Source of the DNA: a virus
Length of the DNA stretch: 64,000 nt
Virus record (IMG/VR): IMGVR_UViG_3300046170_000301
Reading direction: 5' to 3' (one strand)
Below are positions 57,323 through 64,000 of the stretch, in pieces (position 1 is the first letter of the stretch; the number at the start of each line of letters is the position of its first letter). The notes under the pieces are model-generated. The model saw only the letters and a program-made list of their open reading frames with translations, was not told the origin of the DNA and searched no databases. The position numbers were made by a program, and so were the translations under genes.

Positions 57323-57512
57323 GTCTGATCAGTTCTTTCAAGAGGCTTTTTATTTCAAAGACTTCATCCTTCAAGTTATTTATGTCATCTACAGCAGCGT
57401 TAAATTTGTTGGTAAATGATTGTTTATTGGGAGTTTCTGTGTTGATAATAGCACCAGTGGAAGGGTCACGATACAATCTCTCATGACCTTTTACTTTCAA
57501 ATAATTATTCAT
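57297..57512 (-). CDS. Conserved small protein
   Basis: KVKGH..LYRD..TGAIIN + coiled coil. Confidence 0.75.
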   Translation of the reverse strand: MNNYLKVKGHERLYRDPSTGAIINTETPNKQSFTNKFNAAVDDINNLKDEVFEIKSLLKELIRHADSNNRT

Positions 57513-60500
57513 TAGTATGAAGCAACAGCACGAATATCTTGAATCTTAGAAGCATAAACTGGGTCATCTCCTTTCATAACAATTTTAATAGCAAAGGAAC
57601 TAAACTCCGCTAAGTTTGAATCGCTATAACGAAGTTCTTGATATGATTGTTGCTTTTCAAATTGTCCTGATATTGTATTTACCTGAGATGCAATAACATC
57701 ATTATCAGAAGAACCATCACCATTAAAAGCAATCCATTCAATATCATCAAAGTTAGACTGTGATGATAGTTGTTTGGTTCTGTAATATATCTTAATATCA
57801 TCAATACTCTTCAAATTAGCAGTAATTCTCACATCAATACCAGTGCCAGGAGAATCTATAGAAATCTCTTTTGTTGTATACTTAGCAACAGCAGAAGTAT
57901 TCTTAGAATTAGTTTCTTTTGAATACTCAACGCCAGTAGTGTAGGTTAAAGATGAAATTTCATAAAAACGCAAACTATCAGTTGGTAATCCAGTAAATGA
58001 AATCAAATCGCCAACTCTAAAGATATCATTAGATTGGTCTGCTACAGTTGTTGCTCTAGTGTAACCAGTTTCTTCTGTTGTAGCAGTGTAGTTATCATTG
58101 ATTGGATTTTTATCGTTTTCAATAAACAACTCTTTTGTCTTTGGATTCCAATTTTTAATAAGTCCAGTAATTTTATTTACATAAATGATACTTGGATTTT
58201 GAATATTAGAAGCAGTAATAATTTCATCAACATTGAACGAAATTGGTTCTTCTACAACAGCAATAGAAGCACTGATGTTTGCTGTGTCGCCATCAGATAA
58301 GGTGACTTCTTCTCCAGTTAAGAATGGATTAGAACTCTTTGTTTTGACAAAGATTTGATTAGCACTAATTTTAACGATAGTTCCAAATGCACCAGAATCA
58401 CTTCCAACAACATTAGTATTCAAATAATCAAATGTTAATGAAGTGTCAATAGTAAATTTATAAATTGGGAAAAACTTAAGAACTTGATATCTCTTACCAA
58501 ATCTATTTTCAAATCCAGTAGCATTTTCAATTTTGTTTGATGTAAGTTTTACGCTAGAACATCTTAAATCAATAACTGGAGATAGATATGAACGGTCTGA
58601 ACTTAGATTTAATTTGTAAGTCAGTGACCTATCAACATTATTAATAACTTCATTGATTCTAGAAGAAATTATTTTTTGATTGGTGAAATAATGAATCTGA
58701 TTAATAAAAGTTCTTTCATAATCTTCTTCTGAATAAGAAGTGTGGTTTAAAGTTTGGGAATCAACTGGAACAATATTGGTAGTCTTGACAAAACTATCAA
58801 TGCTAGTATTAGCAACTTGTAAATATCCTACTTGAGCATAAAGTTTTTCATATTTTCTATTATAAGAAGCAAGAATATTTCTTCCACCACCAATTTGAGT
58901 AGAACTTGCTCGTGAAGGAGCTTTGATAGTGTAGTAATCTAGACCACAATCAATAACTTCAAACAAAGTATTATTCATGGATATATTAGCCAATCCACCA
59001 ACATCTTCCATAGAATTAAAGAATGTGTAGGAAGCACCATCTTCAAATCCATTGTTTCTATGGTTTATTTTAACAATAAAATTATTATTTTTGAATAGGT
59101 TTGAAGATGCATTTGAATCAGCAAAAGAGTAAGTTTCAACTGGGTCTACTGATAATTTCTCTAAACCTAAGTTTTTGTTAGTAAGAAGAAGTTCTGCTAT
59201 TCTTGCATTATCAAACTCTGCTCTATAAAGACTAAACTTGATATCTTCAAATAAGTCTTCTGTCCATGCTCCAATATTTTGGTTCTTGTAGACAGAACCT
59301 AATAGTGGTTGAGTAGTTACATTTACACTGGTAGCAATTTCTACCTCTCCAAGTCTAGATGCCCACACTTCATAACCAATAGAATCTGTCTCAATAGTCA
59401 ATGAGTATTCAGAATCATTTTGAAGATATACTGGGTACTCAAAATTAAATCTTGTAGGCGTCGTAGAAGCGGTTGTAATGCCGTCATCAACGGCGACACC
59501 CATTCTGATAGCGGGAGTATCTATTTCGATTTCTGCCCTAATAGAAGCGCCGCTAGCGCCCGATCCGATGCCTCTAACAACTACAGATGGTGAGTCTGTA
59601 TATCCAGAACCAGAAAGCACTAAAGTTGTGTCGTAAATCCTACTATCAGAGACACTAACAACACCAGTTGCATTACTTCCTCCTGGAAGTTGTGGACTTT
59701 CAATCGTGATTGAAGCAGAGTCGTACTTCTCTCCAGCAGAATCTAAAATCAACGAAGTTACTTTACCAGCATCTTTAGCAATAGTTAAAGTAAGTCCAGT
59801 TGCATTTTTGTTATTGAATAGAGTCAACGATGGAATCTCTAGAATTTCATTCTGCAAGAATGAGATGCCATTGTTATTTGATAATGCAAGAGTATAAATC
59901 TGTTCATTATTGAGTAGATATTCTCCAGAACTTGATGGAGATAACTCATTGTTAAATGAATCATATACTTTTGCTAAAGGTCCAGAAGCATTTGATTTCG
60001 ACCCTTTGATTAGTTCATTTTGTGTAATTGACAGAGACCCACTAGCATATACTCTAAGATAAGTATATGGCATTACAACTGATTCTGTTCCTGGAACAAT
60101 ATACTTGCCTGGTTTACCGCTATCTGTATTAGAAATATAAACTCTAATTGGCGCTACGTCGCTCTTTTTACTGAAGAATAAATCAACTCCAGTAACAAAT
60201 ACACCACCATCAAAGTTTTCTACTTTAAATGTTTGCGCTAGAGGATTTGGTCTTGCTTTTACATCAGTATTACTATCAATTAATTGTAGACCTTTATTTG
60301 CTTTAAAGTATGCTGGATACGTAGAAACAATAGTAGAGGGATTTTCTGGTAGAATCCCAGCCGAATAGAACTTTCTTTCTGCATAAGTTTCTACTTCTTC
60401 TATAGAAATATTAGTAGAACTAGAAGTAAATCTTACTGTTTTGATGCCAGTAGTAAAGTTTACTTCTTCTCCAGAACTGTCATAAGAAACTGTATTAACA

Positions 60501-63500
60501 TCTCCAGTCCATCTTGTATTTTCTACTGGTGGCAATCCAGATGGCATCAAAATAATTCCACTAGCACTTCCAGTTTCATCCGTAATAATTGGCGAATTGA
60601 ATGCGGTTAAAGAATTGCCAGCAATACCAGTAAATCTAGAATCTGGATTTGTCCATCTACCAACATTTCTGCCATCAATAAAAGCATATACTTGAGTTAA
60701 GGGCTTTAATCTTGAGATGGTAAACTTAATTGGAATACTTCTGCTGAATAACTGAACAGAAGATATAACGGAAGTGTTATTTACATTCTTAGATTGTGCT
60801 CCTTTTGCCAACTCATTGTTTTGAGGACTGATGTTAGAAGAACTCGCAATAGACGCTTGTTCAACAGAAGACTCAATAAGTTCAGTGTTAATGTTTGCAA
60901 AAGAGTTAATATTGTAGAAAGCTTTGTTAACACCAACCCAGTTTACTACAAAGAAGTCAAACAAACTTGAATATCCATCTTCTGGATTTGGTTTTGATAA
61001 AAAGATGGAAAACAGATTTGTATTGTTATCAGTTACAAGTGGAGATGTTGAAGTATCAAACCATTGGTCTACAGTTGGAGATAGATGTAAATCACCAACA
61101 TATTGTAATACAACAAATGGATTTGGATTAATTGTCTTGGTTGCAAAAGAGTTTCCAAGAAGTTTAGTATTTCTATAAGGTAGAGTTACAACACCATTTG
61201 TATTTGTATAACCAGCAATTTCTCTTTCATCACTTCTTGTGTAAACCTCTCTTAAATTGAAGCAATCTTCACTAACTTGTGGTCTAAGTAACGATTGTTG
61301 AGTATCAATAGAACACTTGTAATCTGGTGATTTGGAGTTTCCAACTTTATGGGACTCAAAATTATCAACAATAAATCCACTCTTAAATCTATCTAAACCA
61401 ATATCATCCTTGATTTGCATGTTTAATGCTTGTTGTTCAAGGATACTGAGAGTTGTGTAATATTCAAGACGCTCAATACGCTTTTCAAGTTTACCAATAT
61501 CTCTCATTGTATATCTACGATTGTCAACAGGAACAATCCTTACATCCTTACTAGACTTAGTATAAGCAGGAATATGTAAGTAATATAGAGCAATCGCATC
61601 ATCTAGTGGAGCTGGTTTTGATGGGTTTAGAGATGGGTTACCTTCTTTAACAATAAACTTACCATCTTTATCTAAGAAAACCCCATCAATTCTATCAAGA
61701 TATCTCTCTTCGTTAAACTTAACTGTGTAATCAATTGTTGCATCATGTGCTGGTGTGCTAGATGAAACACCACCTTCTTGAGCAAATGATAAGAAGTTAG
61801 TAGAAGAAAGAATAGATTTGTTCTGGAATCCAGCAACGATATTTGTGTTATCTGCTTTTGGTCTAAAATCAAATACATCTTTCAGTGATACAAGACCATG
61901 AACATTTGAGTTGAAATATGGAATCTCATCTGCAAATACCCCAGATTCATGTAAGTAAGAATCAACTGTACAGAAGTCACCTTGAGAATGTTCAAAATAA
62001 TCGAAACCAATAATCAACTGACCAGTTGGTTGCTCAAATCCTGGTTTCAATACAATTCTTGATACATCATAGAATGTATCTCTTTGTCCATCATCAAATG
62101 TAAATCTATTTGTAACGTCAGTTCCAGTAATCAAGTTTCCAGCACTATCTACTGCTGGTGGAGTTGACACTGTTCCTTCATACACATAACGAAGTATGTA
62201 AGCATCAGAATAAGAACTTACCTTGATTTCTCCGCTATCATAATCCTGTCCTCTTAGAGGAATCACTTTATCATTGTTTGATACGACAACAATCTTTTTG
62301 TTCTCTACAGAAGTTTTTAGTTTTGGTTTTGCTTTAGAAACTTCTAGTGTCGCAGTTAGTTTAAGTTTTGGGAAGTTAGTTGTAATATTCCCAAAGAAAT
62401 TTTGTGGGAAATTTATTTCTACGCTACCAGCAGATAAATTGCTAGTAGAGTTAACAATATTGACGTACTCTTCTTTTAAGTAAATAACATCGCCATCTTC
62501 AAACTCTGTTGAAGAATTTTTTTCTAGAACAGTAACAATAAAATTAGATTGACCGAATGAAACAAATCTTTGAGTTCCAAATGGTAATTGTGCCGCAAAA
62601 GTTACATTACCACCACTACTAGCACCAGTGATTACAAAATCTCTTCTGATATGATAAGAGATTTTAGAATCAGTGATGTCTTTCATGATTGCAGCAACTT
62701 CTTTTCCTCCTGTTGGGTATACCAATGAAGAAGATGAAGAGTTTTCTACAATAGGACGTAATCTAATAACTGTAGCATTTACTACATTATTTTGAAGAAC
62801 ACTATCTAGATAGATTCTAGATTTTTTAGGTTCCACTTGGAGTTGTAGCGTATTGAACAATAACTCTAACAAGAGTTCCATCAGCATCAGAAAACTGAAT
62901 CAAATCACCTTGTACAAGTTGCTTCGATGCATCAGAATCAAATCCATTACATTCAATAAATTTATCACCTTTTGAACCAGAGAATGTAAAGTTAGTTACC
63001 TGAACAGATTCTGTATACTCTCCTTTGTTTAATTCAATATCTGATGTAAATCTATTAGAGTTACCAGAACCATAAACAGAAAATACTGACTTAGTGTTCT
63101 GTAGGTTATATGTTAATACAACATTTTTGAATAGAACTGCATCAACTACAATATCGCCACCAGTACCAGTTATTTCTACTAGCGGTGGTTGTGAATACTC
63201 TTGCTGTAATCCATCTCTATTAGAAATTTCAATTCTAGAAACTAATGAACCTTTAAGGATTGGCTTTACTACTGAAGTATCATAAGTGATACCATCAATT
63301 TTTACATTATCTGATGCTGAATATCCACTTGCTCTTTTAGTGACAACAAAATGAGAAATGGTATTTTCAGACGCAATTCTTAGTGAATTGCCTTCTTCAT
63401 CAAAAATAGTTTCTCCAGATTCAAACTCACCAGAAAGCGTCCTAATAAAAATAATATTTCCAGTGCTGTATTTCCCACCAGACTTCCCTTCAATGACTCC

Positions 63501-64000
63501 ATAAGCACCGCTTCTAGAACCAGTGATATATTGACCAGAATCAAATCCGTCAGTAATTAAAGAATCGACTAGTATTCTTGTAAAAAATACTGGGTTAAAA
63601 TAGTTTAAAGCAAAAGTAGAGTTGTATGAATCTCTTCCATCATTTAATTTACCTTTTGATAGAACTTTATCTTTGTCAGTATTAAATCCATCACCAAGAG
63701 AAACAAATCTGAAATTTTTTGGTTTACAAATACCAATAACGGGAGTAATAGTGTTGTTATAATCAACAATAGAACCAAATGAACCTGCTAGAGTATTGCT
63801 TTTTGCAACATTTTGAGTTTCAAATACTAATCTTTCTCCATTTGTATCATCATCATTATAATTTACAAAATACAATTCAAGAATATCTTTTCTTGCAAAC
63901 AAAGTAATTTCAAAGAAGTCTGCGTTTGTATCGTCAATATTTGGTAATTTTACACTAGAAAAAGAAACTACTGTAGCGTATGTTACTGCTGGTGTTGAAC
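57512..64000 (-). CDS. Giant VrlC/DUF4815-type baseplate-associated structural protein, 5'-truncated, one apparent frameshift at about 62829
   Basis: RRYTMRDIGKLEKRIERLEYYT, DRFKSGF.VDNF, NPLAQTF motifs; frame open to the window edge; removing one C in ACCTAAAAAA joins the two track ORFs (TPSGTKKSRIYLD). Confidence 0.85.

Noticed and set aside
62820-62835. Frame break in the VrlC-like gene as recoding
   Set aside because: One extra C explains it, and there is no slippery heptamer or evident stem. Likely a sequencing error.

Overview
This is a 64 kb AT-rich segment of a T4-like cyanomyovirus (Kyanoviridae-type) genome, coded almost entirely on the minus strand. Reading in the direction of transcription (right to left), it contains a giant VrlC/DUF4815-type baseplate/fibre protein and a tail fibre with 37 tandem 51-bp repeats and an S74 chaperone. 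The core virion module (g13-g23, g3) follows, then recombination and late-transcription genes (uvsY, uvsW, g55, g47, g46) and the vWA-peptidase/CobS pair. Next come the replisome (g45, g44, g62, regA, g43, uvsX, g41), hsp20, mazG, a homing endonuclease sitting in a duplicated tRNA-Ser, putative internal head proteins, primase and nrdA/nrdB. The left end holds a lysis cassette, a partly decaying tRNA cluster, an SLH porin, hli and two fibre/spike genes. Four observations stand out. (1) Two unrelated genes end in a complete dnaX-style -1 ribosomal frameshift signal (SD, A_AAA_AAG-TAA, hairpin); one would fuse a C39 peptidase to a lysozyme. (2) A free-standing PD-(D/E)XK homing endonuclease lies between two copies of a tRNA-Ser 5' half, and the old anticodon stem appears converted into an RBS-sequestering hairpin containing a late promoter. 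(3) The tRNA cluster includes a chimeric Arg/Val pseudo-tRNA. (4) The fibre repeat array is almost fixed at synonymous positions but hypervariable at amino-acid slots. Frameshifts in nrdA, nrdB, uvsX and the VrlC-like gene are most likely sequencing errors. All family assignments are by recognition of sequence motifs, not database searches.
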